64,000 nt of DNA from Tubulanus polymorphus. Lineage: Eukaryota; Animalia; Nemertea. Of the stretch, positions 39,066-52,454 are shown in pieces (positions within the stretch are counted from its first letter, which is position 1; each line of letters begins with the position of its first letter). A program made the position numbers and the translations under genes. The stretch is from assembly GCF_964204645.1 (NCBI RefSeq), contig NC_134034.1, forward strand, positions 4,872,914 to 4,936,913. The letters are read 5' to 3'. The notes beneath the pieces were generated by a model. The model was not told the origin of the DNA. It searched no databases and saw only the letters and a program-made list of their open reading frames with translations.

Positions 39066-41269
39066 AGTGCAACCGTAGTGTAGAAATCGAATTTCTCGCA
39101 CTCGGATCCTGTGTTGCATTTTTCGAATTTTTGTGCTTTCATCGTTATTCCCCTGCTTTAACTGATATTTTCGTGACTTAGTCTATATTACTGTGTTGTG
39201 CTCGGTGCTTGAGGTGGAGCCACTATACGGTTCTTAATAACATTGTATGCTCGGGGTGCTTTGTTTTAGCCAATTAGATGGGTTTACATCATAAGCTGGA
39301 CCCTTTACAAGGTGCAAATGTGCTTAAATAATCAGTCTTGGTGAATTAAACTTGGTGTGTATTATTACTAAGATCCGGACTATGGGGGAGGGATTAATTA
39401 AATTCTCCTAGTAATCTGCACTGATTATGTTTAGTTTAATATCTCTTTTTCCTTGTTCTCAAAGTTCTTCTTCTGCCCAGATGTCTTCGGAAAACAATCT
39501 TTCAGGATTCATAAGGAGACCTTCTTCTTTGAGTTATTCCCCCAAGTATTTTACTTTCCGGGTTGTTTCCCTAAACCTTTTAGTCTGTGATAATACAGAT
39601 TATTCATACATAGCTAAAGAAATAAAGGGATTATAGTGAGAACTCGCCAATGATGAAGAGACAGTCGCCTACACTAAAGAATTTGAACAGCCAGACTGAT
39701 CCGAACAGACGTAAAAGTACCCCATCCTCCTGACCCCAAACAATACGGTGTTGCTTCGCACTTCCAGACATTTCTGCGGGGTGATGGTAAAAAATTCTTG
39801 CTTCAAACTTAAAAGGTTAAAATTATAGTTTTAATATCTTGTTTTATGATTACGCAGCACTTTATTACCATCGTAAACACATCGACGGTTTTTTCAGTTC
39901 ATGGCCTAATCCGAACAAACCTCTACAAGTCGTTTTCAGCGACAAAAAACCAAGTACTTCTCGCTGGGTGCCGTGCATTAGGAATCATCGACAATGTTAT
40001 CACTGGGCCATTCCGGAGGATCCTAAATGAAAGCAAACAATGTCTTCGACATGAATCATCTCCAACAAATAAAATCAAAATTAATTGATTGGTGCGAAGA
40101 CAGCCAGCCAATAATACAGGAGCCATCAGGTGTTATACTTCAATCCTCATGAATCGAACAAGGTGTCACACACGAATTTTCCTACCAGCATGTGAAAGTG
40201 ACTTGTCAGAGTAAAACCAAGCAACCCAGACCAGAAATTTTCGAAACGCTGACCCTGTGGATGAACAAGTAAATGTCAACCTGGCTAGAAAAGAAATTTA
40301 GAAGATGGGTCAGCAATATTAAAAAAAGCTTGATCAAGCAGTGATGAAATGAAAAAAAAATTTAAGAGAGACGGAAAGCCATAAGGGATCACAAGTCGTC
40401 CCTGCTACTCACCAAACAACAACAAGAAAGTGAAAGCAGAGGAGAAAGTGCAAACAAAAAATAAGGCTACCAACTTAGCCAAATTTGGTGCGGTATGGGT
40501 AAGTTCTAGTCTAGAGAAGAACTGGAAAAACTTGAGCCAGCACTGAGCCATCCTTTATCAGATAAATTTCCAGGTCCTTCACTCCATAGGTGACAAATAA
40601 TTGCTCTATCAGTCAAGAACAATAAATGGCCAAAGGATTGTTTACAGCGAACAACAATTACTGAGCAAACTCCTGGAAATTATCCGACTAAATCGAGTAC
40701 AATTTAGAGGACAGTGAAATAAAGTTAGAAAAATCACGTCAAAAAACCAACATCGAAGATAGAAATTGCCTTTTTATTCCGCCGGTCTCTAATTAGAGAT
40801 TATGACATGCTCCCGAAAAAGCCTCCACCACAGCAATGGAACCCGTGCTTGTGAAAAACAAACCCTGTAGCTGTCTTCTCGACCTTTGTAAGTTTCGTCT
40901 GCTATGGCGTACTAGTTTGCGGAACAAATATTCAAGATTTTATGACAGTTCAAACTTTTTCAAGCGATAAAAAACAGAGCAATATTATCAATAAGTTCTC
41001 CGCAGGCCTAAAAATAGAGAAGTTTTAGCGTCGATTTCACTATTAATTTCAGTCATAGATATTAGGTCGGCTCCCGGAAATTTATCCAAACTTTGGTCAT
41101 TCCTAGAAATCCCGCCACTCTGTAGCACTCACCCACTTCCGGTTTATTTCCGGATTCACGAAATCTTTGTTTACATTTGTTAAAGCTCCTTGTTTTTTCC
41201 TGTTTTATATCGTTATTGTTAAAATATCTCCTTAAAATCAATTTGTAAATATATTTTATTGTTAATAGC

Positions 41270-43205
41270 TTGGCCACGAATCAGCAGGTATACGAGCATT
41301 TGGTTCAGAACGGTAAGATGAATATGAGTTCACTAGTTGAAAGTTTTTTAGAGCTATATCCTATTTATAAACAGAGCGTACATCGCGTAGAAAACTACAA
41401 AACATTTTATCTAAGGCTAAAGAGAGTCCATGCAAGAGCTCATAGCTTGTTCGCAGTCTTACCGGGCGTGAAAGCGCAACTACATCATTTTTGAAATCAT
41501 CATTTCCTACTGCATCTGTTCCTTCGCGAGCAGATAGCATGCAAGCAGCTGCGACAACTTTACATGAGCTTGAACTTACAGACCAGTGTATCAACATCAA
41601 CACCGAAAATAAGTGTCTGAAGCGTAAGCTATGCAATGTCTCGGCTCAAAAGTCAGAGCTCGAAGAAAAGATATGCGCATCACAAACCTTAGATGAGCCA
41701 TTCCATTTACGATTGCAAGAAATGACCGGTAAAATGGATAAATTAACAAAAAAAAATATCCAACGAAGATGAACTCTCTACATCACTGACGTCTTTAAGA
41801 GCAGAACATGATGCCCTCTTAAAAAAATTTGACACGCTCTGTGCAGACCAACAAGCATCTGAACTACAGACAACACAGCGCCAAAAAATAGACAAGAGAC
41901 CTCGTAAGCCGTTAAATAAAGAGGCGCGATGAAAAAATTAAATTACTTGATAGTATAACAAAAGAAAATTTTAGAGATAATAAGCAACTATCAAGCCAGA
42001 TGCAAGAAATTGAAAGTGATTTGCAAGCGAAAAAGGAGCAGTTAATATTATCGGAGGTCCGTACCACCAATTTGAAAAGTGAAGTTTACCAGCTAAGTCA
42101 AAAATTAGCTTAAATAACGTAACACCATGAAAAAAAGAAACTCTACAACATCAGTCAAAATAGATTCTCTGATGAAGGAAAACCTTAGATATGAAAGTTT
42201 GTCAACTGACAGATGAAATTGCAACCTTCGTTGATGGGAAATTTACAGATGACGTCCGCGAAACATATATGCATTTATTAGCCACCAATCACGTCAGCAT
42301 GAATCAGGTTGATGACGTTTTGCAATCTATATTGAAAAAAAGGCTAGATGACTCAATGCCTCTCCCATCTAACGCCTTGAAATCTCGTCTACTTCTCGAA
42401 GGTAATTTCATCGTAAAATCCCACGTGGCCGAAGCTATGTTAGCTAATAAAAAAAATCATGATGTCGGCCACCCTTCACATGATGGCACTGGTAAATTCC
42501 ACAAACATTACCAGAATTTTCAAGTGACGCTCCAAGAAGGTACTTCACTTTTGCCTGCAATGTCAGAATGTGGTGGAGGCGATACAGAGCTGCTCATGAA
42601 AAATTTCAAACAAACATCCTCGTGGCTTATACGTGTGGTGTAGCTTCACACTTACAAACATTTTTATGGGGAGATGGTGAAAAATTATTGCTTCAAACAT
42701 ATAAAGCTAATAGATTTAATATCTTATTTTATGATGATGCAACACTTTATTAACATCGTGAACACATCAACCGTTTTCTCCGTTCATGGCCTAATCCGAA
42801 CAAACTTCTACAAGCGGTTTTCAGTGATGTAAAAATCCAAGTCCTTCTCGCTGGGTGCCGTGCATTAGGAATCATCGATAAGGATATCACTCGGCCATTC
42901 TGGGGAATCCTAAATGAAGCAAACAACGTCCTCGACATGAATCACCATCTCTTACAAATGAAATCAAAATTAATTGATTGGCGTGAATACAGCTAGCCAA
43001 TAATGCAGGGTGACAATGTTTCCAGATGCAGAGATACACAAAGACGCATTGTATGATTCACTTTTCGAGCCAACGACGAGTCAGGAACTTGAATGTCTCA
43101 CCCAACAAGCACTGTAGCTGTTTGCTCACGCTTGCACGGATTGCTATTAATCCTCGAACGACAAGCACAGGATCAGCTACCAGGTGGAAAATACTACGAA
43201 AATAG
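41270..43205 (+). pseudogene. Degenerate transposase-like gene of an unclassified family; further fragments at ~29480-29750, 37095-38000, 39745-40120, 49520-49605 and 61104-61456
   Basis: Coiled-coil N-terminus, HDGTGK, NRFNILFY and LAGCRALGII motifs repeated across copies; ERNFA in the 61.3-kb fragment. The DDE assignment is inferred. Confidence 0.55.
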
Positions 43206-44599
43206 CCAGGTATCATGATTCCTTCCTAAAAAGTTTGTGGTCAAATATGATGATGATGACGACAACGATGAGGGTGACCTTATTGTACTGAACGGCTACT
43301 AAAGAAGTACTGTCTGCTTGTGTATCGATTTATGAAAGTTTTGTTTAATGAAAAATAGTCATATAATCTAAGTCATGTGAATTTTTTCCATTCTAGTCAA
43401 ATGAATACAGGTCATTCTAGTAAATAGGGAAGTTTCCAGTTATTAGGCGCCATTTTGAGGCGGACCCTCGGGTCTTAGCGTATGTAGAAAATCGACAGTC
43501 AACAAGTTGCGCGTGCTTTGCGCTTGCGCGCGATTTTCATCGGTACGGACGGTATCGTGTGTTGATACAATGTAGACAGGCTAAGTTCACTTATTAGGTA
43601 TTGTTTAAAAGTATCAAGCCTTGAATAAGAAGGGGTAGCTAAATAGTGCTAAAAAGATAAATTCTATAGAGCCCAAAAGACTATTGTATTGATGAATTGT
43701 CTACTTTATAATCATTTCCAGAATGTAAATATTCACATATTAGATTTAGATTAGATTTGCAAACATGCATAGAGAATGGCGCATTCGAAACTCGTAGCGC
43801 AAAAAAATCTTGTTGGTCCAAACCAATCAGGAAATTATGATTTCGCAGAAAGAGTTCGGAAAAAAGAACGTTTAACGAAAGGCATTCCAGGCAAATTGGT
43901 TTAAAAATCGAGAATGACTACGTTACGACGAGAACGAAGACAGGGCCGATTATTACTATGTTAAAGTGTCGAAAGCAAAAAAGTTAAAGTCAGAACTGCA
44001 GATGCTAGTTTTATACAGATTGGATTCCAAAACTGGAAGGATGCTACAGTTAAACTGCGAATTCAAGAAGATAGTGATAGAGAACAGAGAAATCAATGGA
44101 AATAATGGTTGATTTGCCGACAACAACTAAAGATGGTTGGGAGCTTTAAAGTAGTGCCTGCATTGAAGAAACGAGTTCAAACAAAGGAATGTTTAGTAAG
44201 ATTTTACAGAATATTTAGTTTCTTGCGCGGAAAGGCCTCCATTTTGGAGGTGATAGAGATGAATCTTCGTCCCATTTTACCCAGTTATCCAAGCTTCGCA
44301 GCATAGATGATACCAAAATGGAAGTCTGGCTAGAAATGAAAACGAAAAAGTATACTTCAGCTGATATTCAAAACGAAATAATCCAAGTGATGATTTTACA
44401 GGTATTATAGGTGTTTAGATAAAATTAGTTATTTTTAAGAATAAAATCTGCAAGCACATTCTTTCCCTAAAATAAGTATTTTTCCGAAAAATCATTAAAC
44501 TTTGAAGAAATAAATATCATAATTATTTCAGATTATTCGACAGTGATATAGAGGTCCTAGCTCAGAAGTAAGAACTACGATTAATGGTTAGAAAATGTG

Positions 44600-45511
44600 C
44601 AGGGGTTCCAGTGATCTGGTCCATAAAAAAAATAGGAAGAGTGTCCAGAAATAGGAAAATTTCATAGAATATATAGGATATCCATCAGAAAATAGGACTT
44701 TAATATATGAAGAGAGGATACAACCTGCAGCATCATATTCACAGATGTCTCCAATGAACTTCAGTAATCTGAAACTAGAAAACAAAATTAATTCATTACA
44801 TTTTTTCATTTCTTTTTTTGGAAAGAAATATTTCACAATTAACTGATTGACAGCAGCAACTCATAATACATCGTAGTGAGGTACCCGGTAAATACAAAAG
44901 GTATCACGGTATTACTATTTAAAATCTTATCTACAGTGGAACCTCGTTATAAAGAACCCTGATATAACGATTTATCGGTTAACTATAAATATTGTCCCGA
45001 TTGGTGGATTTATTACAATTATCACCTGATATAACAAACTAGATTTCAGTCCCATGGAGATTGTTATATCGAGGTTACACTGTATAAACTTACAAACATA
45101 ATGTCACTGCACACAGCTAGATCACACTAGAGCATCCCTGTGGTGATACTTGGCAATGTATACTGGTTATACATGATTGTTACCCTCATATAGCCAAAGC
45201 CCAGTTGCACTGCAACATGTGACATTATGAACAAAATCAATGGGCATGTTAGGATATGAAGATTAGAAAAGAAGTTATATAGCCAGGACTTACCGAACAT
45301 GAATGCTGCAGGTTCTACCAAACACTCAAAATGGTGTTGCACATCATATGAAAAGATATAAAGAACATTTTTGTCGATAAAAAGTGGTCGACGAGCTGGA
45401 AAATGAGAGAAAATAGGACAAATAGGACTTTTTTTATATAAAAATAGGACAAAATAGGACAAGCACTGAAAAATAGGAAAAAATAGGAAAATAGGACCAC
45501 TAGAAGCCCTG
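44600..45511. mobile_element. Non-autonomous TIR element (hAT-like) with AAATAGGA subterminal repeats
   Basis: TIRs CAGGGGTTCCAGTG / CACTAGAAGCCCTG; AATGTG on both flanks (44594-44599, 45512-45517). Confidence 0.75.
44934..45082. mobile_element. Tc1/mariner (pogo/Tigger-like) MITE nested in the previous element
   Basis: TIRs CAGTGGAACCTCGTTATAA / TTATATCGAGGTTACACTG with TA on both sides. Confidence 0.85.
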
Positions 45512-47406
45512 AATGTGATTTTATTGTAGTACTCTAAGCGAGAGCTGAGTATAGTAACCACGAATCAGAGAAAAGAGAGAGAGCGACGTGTGTCTCTGGG
45601 TTTTTATACCCATGAGGACCACGTCATCAGGAAATTTAAAACAATAGCCAGAAGACTAGACATATTATCATTATTATCAGTACTGACCATATGACCAGCA
45701 CACAGGACTTTGATTGATCAGGTCATGTGTCCTGAGCACTCGTCTTACGGAACAGTACTGCCCATAAATTATTAACATACATTCTATATATCAACAGATT
45801 GCAGAGAACATGAGGAGTACACCATTCTACACAATCATGGTGGATGAAACTGCTGATTGTTCAACCACCCGACTGTTGGCTGTGGGGGAGTGAGGCTTGG
45901 ACTACGGCGTTCCGGGGCACGGAGGTGTAAACAACGCGAGGTGTTCACGGAGATGTGTCGTTTGGCCGTACGGAGGGGAAAGACTTTGGTTGTGCACACG
46001 AGGGAGAGATGCTGTTACGAGGGGCAAGTGTCGGAGGTGCCACGCTCTGTACATGCATTATTTCCCTGAGGGATGGAACTTAGTACAGCCCTACCGTGAT
46101 AACTTTACTAATTTGAGTTACAGGTACCGTATGGTGACGGATCCCCAGCGCGACACAGGGGTTCGTGATCTAATCCGGAATGATGATTCTCTTTAGAGGT
46201 TATTGCTGGAGACTGATGCGCCGTAGGCCTATTTGCCGCCGAAACAACTCAGAACTACCGACTTATCCATCCTGGTCATGTAGTTTCCCAGGCTCAGGTG
46301 GTAGCTGATATAAAACGATTGCCAGTTATACAGAAGTTGGAGCCCGAAACGTTGAGCATACGAAAACGCGTTAAAACTTTTTGGTTTACCTGCACTTACT
46401 GAACACTAGGAGAGTGGTGTAATGATGGTTATGCAAGGATAAGAACAGGTACTACTTTCAGGCGGCATATATGAGTGTGCTCTACCTCTCGCAGATGTAA
46501 TTTTAATATCAAAATTGGCTCAGAAATAAAGACAGGGTGATCTCATTGATTAACTGTTTATTTCTGTTTCAGACAAGACTGCCCCGACGATGGAATGAAA
46601 TGAATGTAGCTACTAATTATACACTTTAGTTTTCTGATGGCGAGCTGTACTGATGATTCCTGGATGGATGAAACATGATCATTCCGAACATCACCGCCTT
46701 TAGAACCTGAAATGACTAAAATATACCTTAGTGATATTGTGAAAACGGAGGCTTTATGGTTTTGGTCACGTGGTCTGATATTTCCTGATCTTTCACACAA
46801 AATCTCTATGAATCTTATCAAATGTAAAGTAGACAGAATCTTTATTTAACTAAAACCACAATAGGATTCTATTCACTAAATTCACGTTGAGTTAATATCC
46901 AGTGAAAGGAAGAATCAAATTCAGGTCCGTTTGATACCCATCTTGACATATTTTGTTACGCGGAAGGCGCGCTGGAGGTTGACTGAGACGGCAAAACTAC
47001 GTCAATCGCGACTTGATTTAGACCTCTTTTAAGTCTTTTTCTCGTGAAATTCGCGTCCGGTTTAGCTCTAGGTAGGTATTTTAGTAGGGTGTGGTACTTT
47101 TCAGTACGAATACGTTGAAATATTAAAGGTCCTTCTGGATTTTAAGATTTGAAGACTTAAGGGGATCGGTTTGCCTTAACCTGTCATTCATTCTTTTTAA
47201 TCGGAACTCGCCACGAAAACTCATTTTAAGATTTCTGTTTAGTGTTTTGGTACGCAAACTTTGAAACGCGTATACACTTTTATAAGGCACAGAGATCTTC
47301 TGCAGTTTCAAAGTGCTATCATGGCTACCTCACTTGCCCCTTTCTGTGATTCTTTAGGAATTAGTACCGAAAACCTTTGGATAATTTAAAAAATTTGAAT
47401 CCTACT

Positions 47407-47970
47407 CAGTGGCGGATCCACGGGGGCGGGGTTCCGCCTTTTTTACAAATGTTTTCATCGTCATTGTCATAAAACGTACGTTATCTTACCTCACAAAAGC
47501 ATCGGTATTGTATATAGGCAAGAGCAGCAATCACATTTGTGATTAGGCCAAGGCGGCGCCTCTTGATAGCGGGTTATTCACCTGTTTAAACCTTTGTTTT
47601 AAGCGGTACCGACATGCTGCAGTCAGGTTTCATGCTTCATGTGCGGACGACCATGAAACACACGCAGAACTTTCGTAATTAAAGAGTTTATTACATATAT
47701 CAACGATTTAAAAGAGAAAACGGTCAGTTTAAATTCAGACACATTATTTGAATTTTGAGTCTTTAGACTGTCTTAGAATGAGTCTGAGAAGCAGAAATTT
47801 CTGCCTGCGGCGAGAGGGGGCAAATCTCGCTCTCTCCCTATTCGTCCCTGCGTCTTTGTTCGGCCTAAGGCCGAAGAAACGCTTGTTACGAAGCCGATCG
47901 CGCTTTGCGCTTCGGCAGGTAGAAGAATTATTGAGATGCCCCCCTTCCTAGAATCCTGGATCCGTCCCTG
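47407..47970. mobile_element. Non-autonomous TIR element (hAT-like MITE)
   Basis: TIRs CAGTGGCGGATCCA / TGGATCCGTCCCTG; CTACT on both flanks (47402-47406, 47971-47975). Confidence 0.8.
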
Positions 47971-50254
47971 CTACTGATATTACGAATAGGAATGTATTTT
48001 ATATTTTCAACTATGCTACAAAAGCCATAATCTTATGGATTGGCTAAGACTTTAGGCTATGTATACCCAGAAATATCCGGAATACATTCAGATAGAAATA
48101 GATTTACATTCAGTCAAGTCCATCGAAAAAGGAGAGCTATTTCAAAAAGCATGTCTCCTTCAGGATATCTTAGTCAAACTTAAATTCTACCTAATGTCAA
48201 ACCGATTACTGTGCCAGAAGAACCATCTTCAGAATTCATCCCTTTGGCTTCGAAGCGACAAAGGGTTTCATTTGAAAAAGACATAGTGAAAGAAGTCTAC
48301 ATGACTATGGCTCATGAAACAGCTGAAGCTAAAGAGAAGTTAAGATCCCTAGAAGAAGACAATAGAAATCTACGATCTGAAATGGGGAACTTGCAATTGA
48401 AGCAAAAACAGAAATTGTAATACGAGCCGCACTAACATCCTCGTGAAAAGGAAAGAAACTTCAGCGAAATTATGGAAAATAATTAATAGATTACTAGATA
48501 ATTTGGATTTAAAGATCAAAAAGTGAGGCTCAGAATGTTGCCAGGCCAGTTCAAACTGCAGAAAGCCAAACGAACTATCAGGCGACGTCAGAAGAATAAA
48601 TCAAAATCAAAATCCCGTTCCCCACTATTATCCAGATTTAGCTTGAAAGAAAAGCAATCCCAGCTTTTAAATGTAGGGCCTATCTCTTTTGGAACATCAG
48701 GAAAATCTCTGTGGGAAGGAAAAAGGATCCCATCTCTCAATTCAGCTGTTAGTCATCTACAGGATAAATGTTTGACTCTAGTAAACAGGGAGAATCAGTC
48801 ACTAAAATGGTCATAGCTATAAATTACGTTTCCGCGATATGTCGCGGTGATCCACAGCATTGTTTGCGGACGGAGCGGGTTTTAGCCATTTAACTATACA
48901 AAGAATAATGTGTTGTGTTAAATTTCCTTGACATTTTTTGTATTCATTTTATTGAGCATTTGGCCATACTTAGCTTGTCAATATTTGTAATCTAGGATAA
49001 ATCTATGGAAACACGGCAATTTGCATGTCATTAAGTTCAAAACTTCTACTATGTACATGTATTAATAAATATTTGTTTGGCAACTGACTATGAACGTTCT
49101 CATTTATATTTCCAGAAACGTGTCGCGTTTAAATAAAAAACTTTCATCAAGTTTTAAAAAACGAGTTTCGCAAATTCCTTTCGGGCGCCTCCGGTATACA
49201 CCGATACTGAACTATCTTGAAATATCCCTTCGTATACAACTCAGAATCGATTCATTTAAGAAATGAAAGCTGCAGTCAGAACAACGAGTAAATTATTTCA
49301 TGACACTAAGTACAATGTAGTACTAAAATGAGCAGTTTTCTTCATTCAAAAGGAAGCGTACCTGAAACAGAAAGAAAATCAGTACTTTATAATCATTTTG
49401 TCGGAAATAGATTTAATGTTGTTTTCGTCTCATGCGGTTCATTACCATTGCAAATCAGGAATTATCGATTTTTTCAATGACACTATCAGACCTCGAAATG
49501 TCGTTCAAACTAGTGTACTAAACGCATTACAATTAAATTAATTGGATCCATGTGTACGTTGTCAGGGAATCATTGGCAAAGTTTTAACCGGACCTTGGAT
49601 GCGACTGTGGCGAAAATTGTCAATATCTGGGGTGGGTTTGACCACAAAATGTCGGTCTTTGGTGAAATTATATTATGTATTTCGGAATGGCCTTAAGCCG
49701 TTCTTTTCTCATTGTTTCTTTTTAGATGTACGTATTCCGGGACGGGGCTGGGTGTTCTGCGACGATGTTTCGGGATCTTTTCGGCTCAATTTCAATCTGA
49801 CAGATTTTTGGCAGTCCTGTCAGATTCCAATTTCACGACCTGGGCAGGCACCCGCGGTGTTGGCCACGCCACATCGCGGTGACATTAGCGATTTTTCGGC
49901 GCCTGTCCAGGCCATTCTTTTATCCTCCACCTACCTATTAGTGTGTGTTCTCCTTTTTATATTCGAGACCCAACTTCTTTGATTTTGGGCCGTTTTGGTT
50001 CCGTCTCGTCGCCGGAGAATTCTCCAGCCCTGCTCGTGTTTACGCTCGTTTTTACGGTTAACTCCGGTTTATTTTTAGTAAATATCTCCGTATCGGTCTT
50101 ATAGTCGTCATTTTTCGCGTTAATCTTAAAATATTATAGAACTTAATTCTATTTCTCGCGTATGAAGTCTTTATTTAGGGTTTTATCATTCGTCACGGTC
50201 GAATGATTTCGCGTGCTCTACTTTGTCCGCGGATCGTATCACTGCTCGTCACGC

Positions 50255-50320
50255 TTGACCAATCACCGCGTGCGTTGACCGCATGAAAACTATAAATTTG
50301 GCGCAATCGCGCTCATTGGC
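50255..50320 (+). promoter_or_regulatory. Candidate LTR core promoter: CCAAT, TATAAA and initiator-like TCATT
   Basis: CCAAT at 50259-50263, TATAAA at 50291-50296, TCATT at 50313-50317; same motifs in the 3' LTR. Confidence 0.6.
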
Positions 50321-50884
50321 AACTTGGCTCTGGCAGAGCCACATTAGAAACTCTTCTTGCTGCCTCTTCACCGTTTTACGAATCGGACGCTGTAAATCGT
50401 ACAGATCATGTAAGAAGACAATTTTACTCTCTAATTAAGACACGGGCCTCCGGGTCGTCTGACCCCGGGATCGCTGCAGTGGTTTTTGACATCCCGCCCT
50501 CAGTGAGTCCCGAGTGCCGACGCACCCGGGGGTCGTGTAGTCGTCGGCCATGGGCTGCCGATAAACTCGTCACTTACAATCCTGTAAATATTGTAAATTC
50601 TCCGTCAGTTCATCGTCTGTTTAAATTCAATCCTCTGACGATGCCAACTTAACGCTCTCGTCGCTGTAATTAGTAATAGTAATAATAATAGTATGGTAGG
50701 CCTATATCTCCTGTGCTATTTCCGTAATTTTACTCCGAGATGTCGTTTCTGCTGACCATGAAAATCACCTGTATTCAGTAACTCCTTTTTCGAACGAACG
50801 CGCGGTCGTTTCATCTTCTTGACGTCGCCTCTGAATTTCGACTCTTTGAGTTCGCGTCACCGACATTTTGAATTTGGCGCGCAG

Positions 50885-51290
50885 TCGTTGATTAACGACA
50901 ACGCTCGTCGTTAACTATTTGACGCTCCGTCGTATAATTCTTATCGTTGATTGAAGACAACGCTCGTCGTTAACTATTTGACGCTCCGTCGTATAATTCT
51001 TATCGTTGATTAACGACAACGCTCGTCGTTAACTATTTGACGCTCCGTCGTATAATTCATATCGTTGATTAACGACCACGCTCGTCGTTAACTATTTGAC
51101 GCTCCGTCGTATAATTCATATCGTTGATTAACGACAACGCTCGTCGTTAACTATTTGACGCTCCGTCGTATAATTCTTATCGTTGATTGAAGACAACGCT
51201 CGTCGTTAACTATTTGACGCTCCGTCGTATAATTCTTATCGTTGATTAACGACAACGCTCCGTCGTTAACATCTTAATCGTTGATTAGCT
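50885..51290 (+). repeat. 59-bp double-hairpin tandem array in the 5' LTR (6 full units plus a partial)
   Basis: Units start at 50885, 50944, 51003, 51062, 51121, 51180 and 51239; consensus TCGTTGATTAACGACAACGCTCGTCGTTAACTATTTGACGCTCCGTCGTATAATTCTTA. Confidence 0.95.
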
Positions 51291-52212
51291 TCGACGCTCG
51301 TTTACTGAGACCTAAGTTATATTAGATACACACCGGAGTCCGCCGCGCCACCGCTTCTATTTGACGTTCGGTCGTCTCCTTTGTATGCTACCGTACATTG
51401 ACTGTACCAAGGCTTTGCAAGCCATGAAGGGCACATTCTTTTTATATATCGAAATGTAAATAATCAAGGTGTTTTGCGTGTGGACATGATGTTCCCTTGG
51501 CATCAAGAACGATGAACTTTGTATTATAAGAAAATATATATATTTAATAATTCGTATTACATTCCAATCAAACTTCGAATCTTGCGTTTATTTGATTCGC
51601 CGGCACTGGAAGGAAGGACGAGGATTTCTGTTTGTTTTCCTGCTGCATCGAACCCATTTCGTTCTACGTGAGGATCGTTCCCCTATTGACCGTCGCTACG
51701 GACAACACTTATGCATACGACTAGTTTGACAGATCTGGCATGAGTCGCAATTAGCTCCTGAGATGACGGGGGACAGCTATGTGCGAGAGGGCACTTGGAA
51801 TGGGGGTAGCCATATCCGCCGAGTAATCAACACTGCGAGTTTCGTCCGAGGAAAGCCCCTAAAGCGGATTACTCTGAGGAGAGCGGGTTGGGGGGTCTGT
51901 ATTGGCCACACAGATTAAGGCTACGTGGAGTAGGGAGGCGACTGTTTGGAGGAGAGCGTACTGCTTAAGCGCCCTTTTTAGCGACATTTTTTAATAGAGG
52001 AACCGATTCCACATATTTTATATCATTTACTTTCCTGGGGAAGACAAGAGTCTCCTTGCCGTATTCACTACCCGAGTGCGGTCGACCCAGGCGGACCCGT
52101 GTAGCGAGCGCCCCGGCACAGCAGAGTGACTACGACTACGCTACCTATGGACAACAGCAGTCACTACCTGAATTACTATTTTTTTATGTTTACACTACAA
52201 CCGCTACAAAAA

Positions 52213-52230
52213 TGGTGGCAGCGGTGGGAT
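52213..52230 (+). promoter_or_regulatory. Primer binding site complementary to the 3' end of tRNA-Leu
   Basis: TGGTGGCAGCGGTGGGAT, 4 nt after the LTR end, complementary to AUCCCACCGCUGCCACCA of metazoan tRNA-Leu. Confidence 0.88.
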
Positions 52231-52454
52231 CTATTTATCAAAATACTTCCCTTATTGAAAGTATTAATTTTCGTTTGACTTGACGAGTGACGGGTTAGGG
52301 CTAGTTTATTTTTCCGATGCAGCAGAAATCCTTCTTCCAGTGATCAGCTTATCATATATATTTAAATTGGTTTTTCCTTTCAACCTTCTTGCGCGGCGTC
52401 ATTCTAATCGTTCGTCTTCTAATTCAGCTATAAGTAAAAATAGAAAATAATGAC

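Larger units (their letters stand above)
43780..45865 (+). pseudogene. hAT (ZMYM/TTF-like) transposase remnant interrupted by insertions
   Basis: GFQNWKDA, FLARKGL and KKYTSADIQNEII before 44400; FYTIMVDETADCS at ~45825-45865. Confidence 0.75.
49606..52208 (+). repeat. 5' LTR (2603 bp)
   Basis: Begins TG right after the TSD, ends CA just before the PBS; near-identical to 58811-61099. Confidence 0.9.

Noticed and set aside
45525-45796. Solo LTR on the minus strand (TG...CA ends, TATA-like motif)
   Set aside because: No matching target duplication and no second copy in the window.
50501-50510. CA|GTGAGT as the ORF3 splice donor
   Set aside because: Good donor consensus, but the upstream frame hits TAA at 50432 with no ATG, so it cannot supply a start.
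50885-51290. CRISPR array (palindromic repeats at regular spacing)
   Set aside because: Units are contiguous and near-identical with no unique spacers, there are no cas genes, and the context is a eukaryotic LTR.
51690-51990. Protein-coding ORF inside the LTR (for example minus-strand MSLKRAL... or track ORFs 38549-38851 and 38661-38861)
   Set aside because: Frames and start codons are not consistent among the four copies; both young LTRs have stops in every frame I checked.
52100-52208. Short 109-bp LTR bounded by TGTAGCG...CGCTACA
   Set aside because: The CGAC TSD and the interrupted flanking frame place the element start at 49606, and identity between copies extends over 2 kb upstream; the internal TGTAGCG is at most a U5 stem arm.
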